IMG/VR virus record: IMGVR_UViG_3300028197_000003 | Coordinates: 128,352 to 192,351 of that record | Length of the DNA stretch: 64,000 bases | Source of the DNA: a virus | Reading direction: 5' to 3' (one strand) | Shown here: piece after piece, positions 17,445-26,147 of the stretch | How positions within the stretch are numbered: position 1 is the first letter of the stretch | How the letters are laid out: each line of letters starts with the position of its first letter | The notes under the pieces: generated by a model | What the model was told of the DNA's origin: nothing | The model's database searches: none | Seen by the model: only the letters and a program-made list of their open reading frames with translations | Made by a program: the position numbers and the translations under genes

Positions 17445-18521
17445 ATGGATAAAAGAGAGTTCAAACTATCTCAGATCAAAAGTAATCTACCTGTAGATAA
17501 ACTTCACAGAATATCTGAGAGTGTGGACTTTGTTAGATCACAGAAAGGATTCTGGACAACTAACTTCAAACAGGTTACGCCTGAAGAGATTGCATCTCTT
17601 GAGTCAGAGCGACCTACCACAAGATTACTGAGTATCCATGTTATCAATGGGTGCAATCTTGCTTGTCGGGCATGTAATCACAACAGCAGTCTTCTTGGTA
17701 TGAAGAGTGGTGTAGATATTGATGCTTTGATAAAAGATATCAAAGAATTTCTACCAAAAGTATATGTTTGGAGTCATATAAGCATTATTGGGGGAGAACC
17801 TTTACTTGAACCCCGCACCAAAGAGGTCGTAAAGGTCACTAGAGAGGTCGCAGAAGCAACGGGGCAGACCTGTAACATAAAACTGTTTAGTAATGGTTCA
17901 CGCCTCATACAAGAGCAGGAGTGGATTGCTGATGAAATGTTGAAAGGTGTCAACTTCAGACTAACATTTCATAAACCCTGGTTTACTGAGTTAGGATCCG
18001 CCAACTGGGAAAACGCTGCAAAGTTTATTAGATATCTCCAGTCCCGCGATGTGGACACTGATAACTTTCTTGAATTTAGTGAGGCATTCCGTCTGCTTGA
18101 TGGTAAACCTAGGCAGTGGTTTGATCTTGTGCGTTATGAGATCAAGGAAGACCAGATCAAATACTATCCTTTTGAGGAAGGGAATCCTGAAGAAAGCTTT
18201 ACACACTGCACGTGTCCCAATAGTCAGTTGTATAATGGACACCTGTGGAAGTGTCCCATGATCTCCTACCTCAGAGAATCGTTGGATGCCACAGATCAAC
18301 TCAATGATCCTGAATGGCAGAAGTACCTGGCGTACAAACCAACTGACATCTCTGCTTCCCCAGATGACATCCGAGCATCATTTGATGAGGTAAAAAAACC
18401 TCATGAGATTTGTTCTATGTGTCCCCGCAACCCTGTGTGGTTTACTGCAACTGCACAATTGGATGCGAAATTGAAAAAAAACGTCGCAATGCATGATGAA
18501 GCAACCTATGACACCGTTTGA
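17445..18521 (+). CDS. Radical SAM protein (paralog of 14714)
   Basis: CNLACRAC, GGEPLL, SNG, CTCPNSQLY..HLWKCP, CSMC. Confidence 0.9.
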   Translation: MDKREFKLSQIKSNLPVDKLHRISESVDFVRSQKGFWTTNFKQVTPEEIASLESERPTTRLLSIHVINGCNLACRACNHNSSLLGMKSGVDIDALIKDIKEFLPKVYVWSHISIIGGEPLLEPRTKEVVKVTREVAEATGQTCNIKLFSNGSRLIQEQEWIADEMLKGVNFRLTFHKPWFTELGSANWENAAKFIRYLQSRDVDTDNFLEFSEAFRLLDGKPRQWFDLVRYEIKEDQIKYYPFEEGNPEESFTHCTCPNSQLYNGHLWKCPMISYLRESLDATDQLNDPEWQKYLAYKPTDISASPDDIRASFDEVKKPHEICSMCPRNPVWFTATAQLDAKLKKNVAMHDEATYDTV

Positions 18522-19107
18522 TACTTACAAAGAGTATCTTGCGTACAAGAATCATTTCTCTAAGGAGAAGTATGATTACTTTGTGTATGGTGGTAAGTCT
18601 AGAGCAAGTCTTGACTCATTCTACAAGAGGAAAGATAGGTACTTTTTTGAGAAGACATCAAGGAAGTACAAGGATGAGGATATCAGGAACTTCTTTCTTG
18701 CTAATTTTGTAAGCACCGATAATCCACAGGGTCTGTGGATTGGAAACATTATTCGTGGGGGTGAGAGCATTTACGTTGCATGGCAGCGTCGTCAGCAGAG
18801 TTTGTTCTACAACTTCAAGAGCACAAACAAAACCATGTTGGAGCAGTATGGGTTGCAAACATTTTTGGAACCTAAAGATGGACATCCTCCACTACTCAAG
18901 GAATACTTGGGAGGTAACCTTAGTATTGAGGAGGTAGTAATCTATGAGAAATTGTTTGGGTACTGCAAAGACTACGACAAGAAAATAGATGACCCTGTGT
19001 GGCATCAGATTGGTATGAAGGTCAAGAAGTATTTGCCATTTCTAAATATTGATAAAGAAAAGTATCGTAAACAAGTAATTACTGAAGTAAACGATCAACT
19101 CCAATGA
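18508..19107 (+). CDS. gp59: Loader of gp41 helicase
   Basis: YLAYKNHF...YDYF.Y, KRKDRYFFEK, FFLANFV. Confidence 0.9.
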   Translation: MTPFDTYKEYLAYKNHFSKEKYDYFVYGGKSRASLDSFYKRKDRYFFEKTSRKYKDEDIRNFFLANFVSTDNPQGLWIGNIIRGGESIYVAWQRRQQSLFYNFKSTNKTMLEQYGLQTFLEPKDGHPPLLKEYLGGNLSIEEVVIYEKLFGYCKDYDKKIDDPVWHQIGMKVKKYLPFLNIDKEKYRKQVITEVNDQLQ

Positions 19108-19433
19108 GCAACTTTTTTGAAAGCGATAATGTCCGCCGTGAAATGGAGGACATCTATGAGATACAGAAGGATCTGTATAATGTCATTATGCAGTTCCCTG
19201 CTATGTCTGATGATGCTAAGTGGGAGCACATTGAAACTTTGAAGGAACTGCTGGAGAAACAGCAGATTATGTGGACTAGAGTCTCCTACTCAGAGGACCC
19301 TGAAGCAGTTGATATGAAGAAAAAGATTCAAGAGTCTGCCAAACAAATTGGGTTTGGTGTTTCGGATATGAATACTATCTTCGGCAACATGAAGAACACA
19401 CTGAATCTAATGCAAACACAACTCAAAAGATAA
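19104..19433 (+). CDS. DUF1825-like cyanobacterial/cyanophage protein
   Basis: FFESDNVR.EM..I...Q, LLEKQ.IMWTR. Confidence 0.75.
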   Translation: MSNFFESDNVRREMEDIYEIQKDLYNVIMQFPAMSDDAKWEHIETLKELLEKQQIMWTRVSYSEDPEAVDMKKKIQESAKQIGFGVSDMNTIFGNMKNTLNLMQTQLKR

Positions 19434-20446
19434 TGGGAAAACTTCTAAGTGTGGGGTGTTCCCTTACTTATGGGTTAGAATTATCTCAAATGTATGCATT
19501 TAGAAAGTCTGATGTAGAGTCTATGACTGTCCCTATTCATAGAGATTCATCGGTCGGTATACCTAAAAGTTATATTATTGAGGGAGAGAGTGATGTGTGT
19601 GATAAAGTTTTTTTAGATTCATTTCATGATCTAGAGTGTAATGAATATCGAAGATCTCATAGATGGGGAGCACTTCTTGCTGAGAAGATGGGACTTGAAG
19701 AGGTTTGTGTATCAAGACCTGGCAACTCTAATCATTCAATGTCAACTGACATGGGAAGATATTTTTCAAATCGTAAAAAAAGAGAAGAAGTAGAATATGC
19801 GGTAGTTCAACTTACATTCGCTGATAGAGGTTTTGTGCCCTCTAGGGGTAAACATTTATATGACCTCCGTTATCCTTTTGATTTGATGAATTCAATGTAT
19901 TCATCCAGTGGAGAACTATCAGATTATTATTTTGAGGGGGGTGGATATCTAAATGCCGCTTACACTTACAAGAAACTAAGAACAACTGCTACCATGGGAG
20001 ATCTGTCGGAAAATCAGTATACACTAAATGATGAAATAAAAAGAGAGGGAAAAATGATAAAGGATTTTTATAGGAATATATCTAAATGTAGAGATGAATA
20101 TTATGATGTGGGAACGTGGCAAGCACTATGGGCAATGTCTGGAATTTTCCAGTCCCATAATATTCCATATAAAATTTTTATGGTCCGTGATAATTTTGAG
20201 GACACTAATTATGGACGTAGTCTCCCTCCAGATCTTATTGTAGATGATAGATTGGGATTTGATTCACTTTTGAAAACCCCAGATAATTATAAGTATTTGT
20301 CAAACTTTCCTGGTTTCTGCCCTCCAGGAGAATATTTTGAGGTTAGGAATAAAGAGGGTGTCCCTACGGCATCATATGGTATGCATCTAAGTCCAGAGGG
20401 TCATCAATATTGGGCAGATATTATTTTTGATCACATCAATAAATAG
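19433..20446 (+). CDS. SGNH/GDSL-hydrolase-like protein
   Basis: GCSLTYG (block I), PGNSN, HLSPEGH..WA (block V). Confidence 0.6.
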   Translation: MGKLLSVGCSLTYGLELSQMYAFRKSDVESMTVPIHRDSSVGIPKSYIIEGESDVCDKVFLDSFHDLECNEYRRSHRWGALLAEKMGLEEVCVSRPGNSNHSMSTDMGRYFSNRKKREEVEYAVVQLTFADRGFVPSRGKHLYDLRYPFDLMNSMYSSSGELSDYYFEGGGYLNAAYTYKKLRTTATMGDLSENQYTLNDEIKREGKMIKDFYRNISKCRDEYYDVGTWQALWAMSGIFQSHNIPYKIFMVRDNFEDTNYGRSLPPDLIVDDRLGFDSLLKTPDNYKYLSNFPGFCPPGEYFEVRNKEGVPTASYGMHLSPEGHQYWADIIFDHINK

Positions 20447-20462
20447 TTTTTTATTGATTGAT

Positions 20463-20735
20463 ATGATCTCTGTTTTATTCGTCGGGAAAGTAAAGGAATT
20501 TACTGAAGAGTACGAAGCATACAATGAGACCCTAATGGATAGTGCACGAAAGATTCCAGGGTTTATTGACATGCAGAGTGAAATGGTTGATGGCATTGAA
20601 ATTACCATCAGTCAGTGGAAAACTGAGGATGATGTGCGAGAGTGGGCACGTGACCCAACGCATATGAAAGCAAAGAAAAGAGTGCAGAAATGGTACTATT
20701 GGTATCGAGCAAAGCATTTTAGTTCAAATCAATGA
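20463..20735 (+). CDS. ABM (antibiotic biosynthesis monooxygenase)-like protein
   Basis: PGFI...ITISQW.TE.DV.EW..DPTH..AK. Confidence 0.75.
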   Translation: MISVLFVGKVKEFTEEYEAYNETLMDSARKIPGFIDMQSEMVDGIEITISQWKTEDDVREWARDPTHMKAKKRVQKWYYWYRAKHFSSNQ

Positions 20736-20962
20736 TTGGCGAAGATGCAAACGAGTACCCTTTGTTTGAAGGGGATTGGTATGCAAGTATGAATTTGGGT
20801 ATAAATGAGTGTAGAATGTTATATGACCATATAAACTATTCAATCAAAATGTGGCCAGGTTCACCTGCCAGACCTCCGGAGGAGCAAGAGTACCTTCACC
20901 TCCTGAAGACCCGTCTGGCAGGCATTATCATGCAATACAACTTTGACATGTTGGACATGTAG
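20732..20962 (+). CDS. Conserved cyanophage hypothetical protein
   Basis: WPGSPARPPEEQE motif; precedes gp32. Confidence 0.7.
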   Translation: MIGEDANEYPLFEGDWYASMNLGINECRMLYDHINYSIKMWPGSPARPPEEQEYLHLLKTRLAGIIMQYNFDMLDM

Positions 20963-20973
20963 TATTGGATTCC

Positions 20974-21002
20974 TTGACAGGGGATAAATAAACCGCTATA
21001 TT
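20974..21002 (+). promoter_or_regulatory. Sigma70-like promoter of gp32
   Basis: TTGACA-N17-TATATT. Confidence 0.7.
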
Positions 21003-21047
21003 ATGTAAGCGGTGACAATCTTACTAATCCACCGAATCTAATCCAAT

Positions 21048-21986
21048 ATGTCTTTTGCAGACCTCAAAAAGCAATCTCGACTTGGTTCTCTGACTTCTAA
21101 GTTGACCAAAGAGATTGAGAAGATGAATACCAGCGGATCTGGTAACACAGACGAACGTCTGTGGAAACTCGAAGTCGATAAGGCAGGCAATGGTTATGCC
21201 GTCATCCGATTCTTGCCCGCTCCCGATGGAGAAGAACTCCCTTGGGCGAAGGTGTGGTCTCACGCCTTCCAAGGACCCGGAGGTTGGTATATCGAAAATA
21301 GCCTGACCACCCTAGGACAGAAAGATCCTGTCTCTGAGTACAACCGTCTCCTTTGGAACAGTGGTACTGATAGTGACAAGGATTTGGCACGTAAGCAGAA
21401 GCGAAAGCTCTCTTACATTGCGAACATCTATGTCGTCAAAGATCCAACTAACCCCCATAACGAAGGACAAGTTTTCCTTTATAAGTTCGGTAAGAAGATC
21501 TTTGACAAAGTTTCTGCTGCCATGCAGCCTGAGTTTGAAGACGAAGAAGCAATCGATCCATTCGATTTTTGGCAAGGTGCGAACTTCAAACTGAAAGCTA
21601 AGAACGTTGCGGGTTACCGCAATTATGACAGCAGCGAATTTGCTGCCGCATCTCCAGTGTTGGACGACGACGATGCCCTTGAGGCATTGTGGAAGAAACA
21701 ACATTCTCTAGAAGAATTTACTCGCCCTGACCAGTTCAAGGCATATGGGGATCTAGAGAAGCGTTTGAATTCCGTGTTGAACAACGCACGCAAAGCGGTT
21801 GACCCAGAAACCTTCGATGAGGAGGAAGCAGCGGTCACAAAATCACGGCAGCAAATGGATGAGGAAGACCGTATCGTCAAAAAAAGTCCTGCCCTTGTTG
21901 AGTCTGTTGTCGCGACCGGATCAACAAATGCTGATGACTCAGATGACGATGCCCTGTCCTACTTTCAGAGACTTGCCGAGAGCTGA
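21048..21986 (+). CDS. gp32: Single-stranded DNA-binding protein
   Basis: DERLWK, GNGYAVIRFLP, WYIENSLTT, YKFGKKIFDK, acidic C-terminus. Confidence 0.97.
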   Translation: MSFADLKKQSRLGSLTSKLTKEIEKMNTSGSGNTDERLWKLEVDKAGNGYAVIRFLPAPDGEELPWAKVWSHAFQGPGGWYIENSLTTLGQKDPVSEYNRLLWNSGTDSDKDLARKQKRKLSYIANIYVVKDPTNPHNEGQVFLYKFGKKIFDKVSAAMQPEFEDEEAIDPFDFWQGANFKLKAKNVAGYRNYDSSEFAAASPVLDDDDALEALWKKQHSLEEFTRPDQFKAYGDLEKRLNSVLNNARKAVDPETFDEEEAAVTKSRQQMDEEDRIVKKSPALVESVVATGSTNADDSDDDALSYFQRLAES

Positions 21987-21989
21987 GGG

Positions 21990-22556
21990 ATGAAGTTTTA
22001 CAGCTTCAACGAGCTGATTGGAGTCTGGGATGGGGAACTCCCCATCCTGGACTTTTCTTTTAGGAAAATTTATGAATGGAAAGAAGAATTCCCTGAGTCA
22101 GAAGGTAATTCAAACATAGAAGGATGGCAACGCACCGGTATGCAGACCGATGGAAGATTTACTCAATTGATGAATCTGATTGCTAGCAAATCACGAGAGT
22201 ACATTGCTCATCATGATGTAAAACCACCTCGTCATGTGGAGGTTGTCCATGCCTTTGCAAACATCAATGGACCTGGTGCATCAAACTGTATGCACCATCA
22301 TACTTACGGTCAACTCAGTGGGGTGTATTGGTTGAAAGCACCACGTAATAGTGGTAACCTTGTCATCATGAGTCCATTTCATAATCAATACTTGAATACC
22401 TCATGTGTATCTAAGATTGACCGTAATGCAATGGTCATTGAACCTAAAGCAAACACGGGGGTATTTTTCAATAGTAATTTAGTTCATTACGTAGATCAGA
22501 ACCGATCGAAACATGATCGAGTGTCAGTGGCATTTCACGTTCTTATTCACCCATAA
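21990..22556 (+). CDS. 2OG-Fe(II) oxygenase, TIGR02466-like
   Basis: HHHT...LSGVYW...FNS.LVHYV...RVSVAF. Confidence 0.8.
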   Translation: MKFYSFNELIGVWDGELPILDFSFRKIYEWKEEFPESEGNSNIEGWQRTGMQTDGRFTQLMNLIASKSREYIAHHDVKPPRHVEVVHAFANINGPGASNCMHHHTYGQLSGVYWLKAPRNSGNLVIMSPFHNQYLNTSCVSKIDRNAMVIEPKANTGVFFNSNLVHYVDQNRSKHDRVSVAFHVLIHP

Positions 22557-22557
22557 C

Positions 22558-22581
22558 GGGAAAAAAACCTCGGGGCAAAAA
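22558..22581 (+). repeat. A-tract junction motif, copy 3
   Basis: GGGAAAAAAACCTCGGGGCAAAAA. Confidence 0.7.
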
Positions 22582-22598
22582 TTGCTTCTATAGATTTT

Positions 22599-23147
22599 AT
22601 GTACAAAAATATTATCATTATAGAACAAAATATTGATGTAACTCCGTTTTTGGAAGAATTGAACCCAGATCATTGGGATTGGGTCTCACAACAAACTAGA
22701 AATAACTTAGGAGGAGATAAAAATCCATATGGGTTCTTACCTTTAGTTTGGGCAAAGGTCCAAAAAGGTGAAGATCCTCATGATGCGATGGGACAAGAAA
22801 AAACCGCACTCTACGACTTATATCCTAAAGTGCAAGAATTTTGGAAAAGGCACAATATCACTAAAACAGGCAGAGCAGCATTTTTCCGATTACAACCAGG
22901 AAAACGTGTTTTAGAGCATATTGATCGTGGGGAGTATTATAAGAAAAAAGACCGATATCACCTATCTCTACAGGGTACTTATTTGTACCGTGTTGGTGAT
23001 GAATCTATGATTGTGCAACCAGGTACGTTTTTCTGGTTTCACAATAAATTACCCCACGAAGCATTGAACGTGGGGAATGTTGATAGGTATTCATTGGTTT
23101 GGGATGTTCCTCATAGTCCCAACAACCCACATTTAGCGAAGTGCTAA
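22599..23147 (+). CDS. Aspartyl/asparaginyl beta-hydroxylase-like oxygenase
   Basis: EHIDRG, RYHLSL, HEALN, RYSLVWD. Confidence 0.8.
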   Translation: MYKNIIIIEQNIDVTPFLEELNPDHWDWVSQQTRNNLGGDKNPYGFLPLVWAKVQKGEDPHDAMGQEKTALYDLYPKVQEFWKRHNITKTGRAAFFRLQPGKRVLEHIDRGEYYKKKDRYHLSLQGTYLYRVGDESMIVQPGTFFWFHNKLPHEALNVGNVDRYSLVWDVPHSPNNPHLAKC

Positions 23148-23789
23148 AAGTCGAAGATTATCTCCTTTCTTCATTTTACGGTTGATATATTGACTAGAAT
23201 CTTCATAGGTGAGGATATCTCTCATATCTTCCATGATAGTATCAATATACATGGATTTGAGAGCGAAGATATTCCGTTTTGCATCATTCTTCTGAGTTTC
23301 ATACTCTAAGTAACTTACCGAGGTTGTTCCTGTGTCGGTATAGTTTATTCCTTTATATGAATATGTAAATGTAGAATTACCATCAACTACAAGACCACTT
23401 TGCTGCAGCAGTTTATCTTCAGGATCACGTCGCTCAACAGTTTCATAATGATGAACTTCTGCAAGTTGCTCAGGACTGTAGTTATTATCAATATAGCGTT
23501 GGAAATCCATTCCATTCATAGGCCATTCATCACGAATGTTCAAAATGTTGTTGGATAGTAAAATAATCCAATCTAACTCCGGATTTCCATATAAGATGTT
23601 CGCAACATTATCTGGGCGATCATCTCCACGAATTGAAAATCTATCAAAAGTAGCAGCTACTTGAAAAAAGTCATCTCTAATTTTACCTCTTTTGAAGATA
23701 TTGGTGCTTTCAACGTAATCAGAACTAGAAGACCGATTATCAGAAAAAGAAAGTAAAGATACTTTAGGAAAATTATCGAAGTAAGCCAT
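23133..23789 (-). CDS. gp53: Baseplate wedge subunit
   Basis: YFDNFP, DRPDNVA..LYG.PELDWIILLSN, VHHYET. Confidence 0.9.
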   Translation of the reverse strand: MAYFDNFPKVSLLSFSDNRSSSSDYVESTNIFKRGKIRDDFFQVAATFDRFSIRGDDRPDNVANILYGNPELDWIILLSNNILNIRDEWPMNGMDFQRYIDNNYSPEQLAEVHHYETVERRDPEDKLLQQSGLVVDGNSTFTYSYKGINYTDTGTTSVSYLEYETQKNDAKRNIFALKSMYIDTIMEDMRDILTYEDSSQYINRKMKKGDNLRLLALR

Positions 23790-25270
23790 TAGAATCCGAT
23801 GTCGTACTTGTTGATTTTGTTTTCGCCGCTAAGAGGACCTGTGTTGTCCACTAAGTCTTCAATTGATGCTTCAGACGATTCATTATAATCGTCACTGAAT
23901 AGTGGAGTAAGTTCAGTAAAACTAAGCATCATAACCGTTCTAACTGGTTGAGATACTGCTTTTTCATCTTGATATGATTGATATACTCCTTGATCTGTGT
24001 AGTTGAATCCAACATTAGTCAGAGCACAGATTTTGTGGATTGGGAGAGATCTGATGCGGTTTTCTCCGTTGAAATATGAAATGCGAAATATATCTGGAGA
24101 ACCGATAAAGATTCCGTTAGAGACTCTCGAAGGTAGCATACCTTTCTTGAAAAATCTAGATATTTGATTTACATTTATGGCATCTTCTTTGCTATTTGGA
24201 GCAAAGTCATACTTGAAAACAAAATTCCTCAATTTAGGACCTGAGAACAACAACTCCATATTTGGATTCAAGACTTGACCATTTTTTCTGGCAATAAATT
24301 GTGCAGGATCAACGTTGATTCCTACCTTTGACAGAAGTATTTTGGCAAGTTGACCAGAAATTGCTTGGTTGGCACCACTGTTGGCGTCGCCTACTTGACC
24401 AGCAAGACCTTTCCCCGCACCCAGAATATCTTGTAGAGTTCCCCCCAAAAAACCAAACATATTATCATTACCCCCAAGAGTTTCAGAAAGTCTTTGTTGT
24501 GCTGCAATAAAACTACCTGCCTCAACCATATTGGCACTTCCCTGTCCCCAGTTCACTCCTTGACTAGACTGAAGGTCATTTGGAATTGGTAGAAAAACAG
24601 AACCCAGATATTCAGTGGCATTTCTACCTCTTGTTAGACCTTGAGTAAAAATTGTGCCTAAGTCCTGTGCTTGCTTGGCATTTGGAGCTCCATATTTGAA
24701 TTTCTCAAGTTTCATAAAATCTTGAGAACCTTTCTTAGCATAAAGTGCATCAGATGGATATCGTATGACCTTAGGTAATGTATTATTCTTTTCTTCCGGA
24801 AGTGATTCTGCAGGTGCTGCTGGATCTACAAAAGGAACAACTTCGAGTTCAGTCGCAAGCAGTCCACCGACATTACCTTCTAATAAAGCACTAGCGAGAA
24901 CAGGTGGAACTATTGTAGATGCACTATACTCATCCTGTCCTGCATTATCGATCAAACGTTCTAAAGCCTTCCCGTCAAAAAGCTTAGATGCACCTGATAA
25001 GTTAGCAGCCGTTTCGAGTAGATCTAATTGATTATTCGCCAGTGCATCCTTGAATATTAGGTCCGATGCACGAACGATTCCACGTAAGAATTCAGGAGTT
25101 TGAAACTTTTCTTTTACGGTAGGTGAACTCAAATCTTGCTGTTTACCAGATTCACTGTAACCTAATACTCTTGCCAATGTTTTATTTGCCCGAGTGCTAA
25201 CAAATAAGTTACCATTGTCCCCAACTTTTTGGTTGCGAATACATTTACCGCCAATACATTCGTTGCTCAT
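23789..25270 (-). CDS. gp48: Baseplate tail-tube cap
   Basis: LPIPN, NPNMELLFSGP.LRNF.F, CALTNV..NYT, FTELTPL. Confidence 0.85.
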   Translation of the reverse strand: MSNECIGGKCIRNQKVGDNGNLFVSTRANKTLARVLGYSESGKQQDLSSPTVKEKFQTPEFLRGIVRASDLIFKDALANNQLDLLETAANLSGASKLFDGKALERLIDNAGQDEYSASTIVPPVLASALLEGNVGGLLATELEVVPFVDPAAPAESLPEEKNNTLPKVIRYPSDALYAKKGSQDFMKLEKFKYGAPNAKQAQDLGTIFTQGLTRGRNATEYLGSVFLPIPNDLQSSQGVNWGQGSANMVEAGSFIAAQQRLSETLGGNDNMFGFLGGTLQDILGAGKGLAGQVGDANSGANQAISGQLAKILLSKVGINVDPAQFIARKNGQVLNPNMELLFSGPKLRNFVFKYDFAPNSKEDAINVNQISRFFKKGMLPSRVSNGIFIGSPDIFRISYFNGENRIRSLPIHKICALTNVGFNYTDQGVYQSYQDEKAVSQPVRTVMMLSFTELTPLFSDDYNESSEASIEDLVDNTGPLSGENKINKYDIGF

Positions 25271-25692
25271 TTTTTGAGGGTGCCTTTACGATAAACAGTC
25301 TTAGGATCGATATCAATTTCAATGGAACCAAAGTCCCTAACAAATTGCTCAGAATCAAGGTTTACTGCCTTTTCCCACTCTTCTGTTGCAATTGTGAGAA
25401 AAGGACTGCCGACATAAGATTTTAGGTATTTATGAAACCCTCGCAATTTTGCTAAATCATTGCCAGAATCAATGTATCTCATTATTCCTAATCTATTCTC
25501 TGGTCTGTGATAATGTAGATTTACTCCCCAGAATATGGTTTGTCTTTCTATTGCAATTATGTAGCACAGGGGATTACGATCATAGAATGGCATTTGCTCT
25601 GCTGTTTTCGCTGTATACTGAAACAGTGTAATTTTGCCTGGAATTGGTTTCCCTTCTAAAGTAGATTTTGGAAACTCATCTCTATATTCCAA
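25267..25692 (-). CDS. gp2: DNA end protector-like protein
   Basis: FYDRNPL...GVNLHY motif; follows gp4. Confidence 0.7.
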   Translation of the reverse strand: MEYRDEFPKSTLEGKPIPGKITLFQYTAKTAEQMPFYDRNPLCYIIAIERQTIFWGVNLHYHRPENRLGIMRYIDSGNDLAKLRGFHKYLKSYVGSPFLTIATEEWEKAVNLDSEQFVRDFGSIEIDIDPKTVYRKGTLKK

Positions 25693-26113
25693 GTTCTTTC
25701 TCCGTCATGACTTGAAATTCCCATTTGCGGTCAGCACAGAAGTCTGTTGCTGCTTTCCATTTTGCCTGGTTTTTGGCATATTCAAGGGTTTCATAGAGAT
25801 GTTTTTTTGTCTTCCGTTTTGTTGTTGGAGGAAGGCACTGCTTAGCAGGTTTGATCTCGATAATTTTTTCAAGAATGTTACCGTTCACATTCCGGTATCT
25901 GATGTAAAAGTCAGGAAAGTATCTACGAACACGTTTGGTTGTAGGATCATAGTAAGGGATATGGAATTCTTCAGATGCCCAATTTATAATATTTTGATTT
26001 TTGTCGCAATAGACCATAAATTTACGTTCCCATAAAGAACGATAGATTATGTTTCTAGAATCCCCTTTGTATTTCTTCGGATTCGACGGTCTATACCGAC
26101 CTTGATAGGACAT
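25682..26113 (-). CDS. gp4: Head completion nuclease
   Basis: KKYKGD, YRSLWE, WASEE, RYFPDF, EIKP, NQAKWKAA. Confidence 0.93.
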   Translation of the reverse strand: MSYQGRYRPSNPKKYKGDSRNIIYRSLWERKFMVYCDKNQNIINWASEEFHIPYYDPTTKRVRRYFPDFYIRYRNVNGNILEKIIEIKPAKQCLPPTTKRKTKKHLYETLEYAKNQAKWKAATDFCADRKWEFQVMTEKELGI

Positions 26114-26136
26114 ACATAGTATAACGGACCACTCTA

Positions 26137-26144
26137 TATTTAGA
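26137..26144 (-). promoter_or_regulatory. T4-like late promoter variant
   Basis: TCTAAATA on minus strand ahead of gp4. Confidence 0.55.
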
Positions 26145-26147
26145 GGA

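Noticed and set aside
4212-20446. Saxitoxin or streptomycin gene cluster
   Set aside because: The enzyme classes overlap, but no scaffold-forming genes (SxtA-like PKS, aminotransferases, inositol enzymes) are visible, so only the analogy is kept
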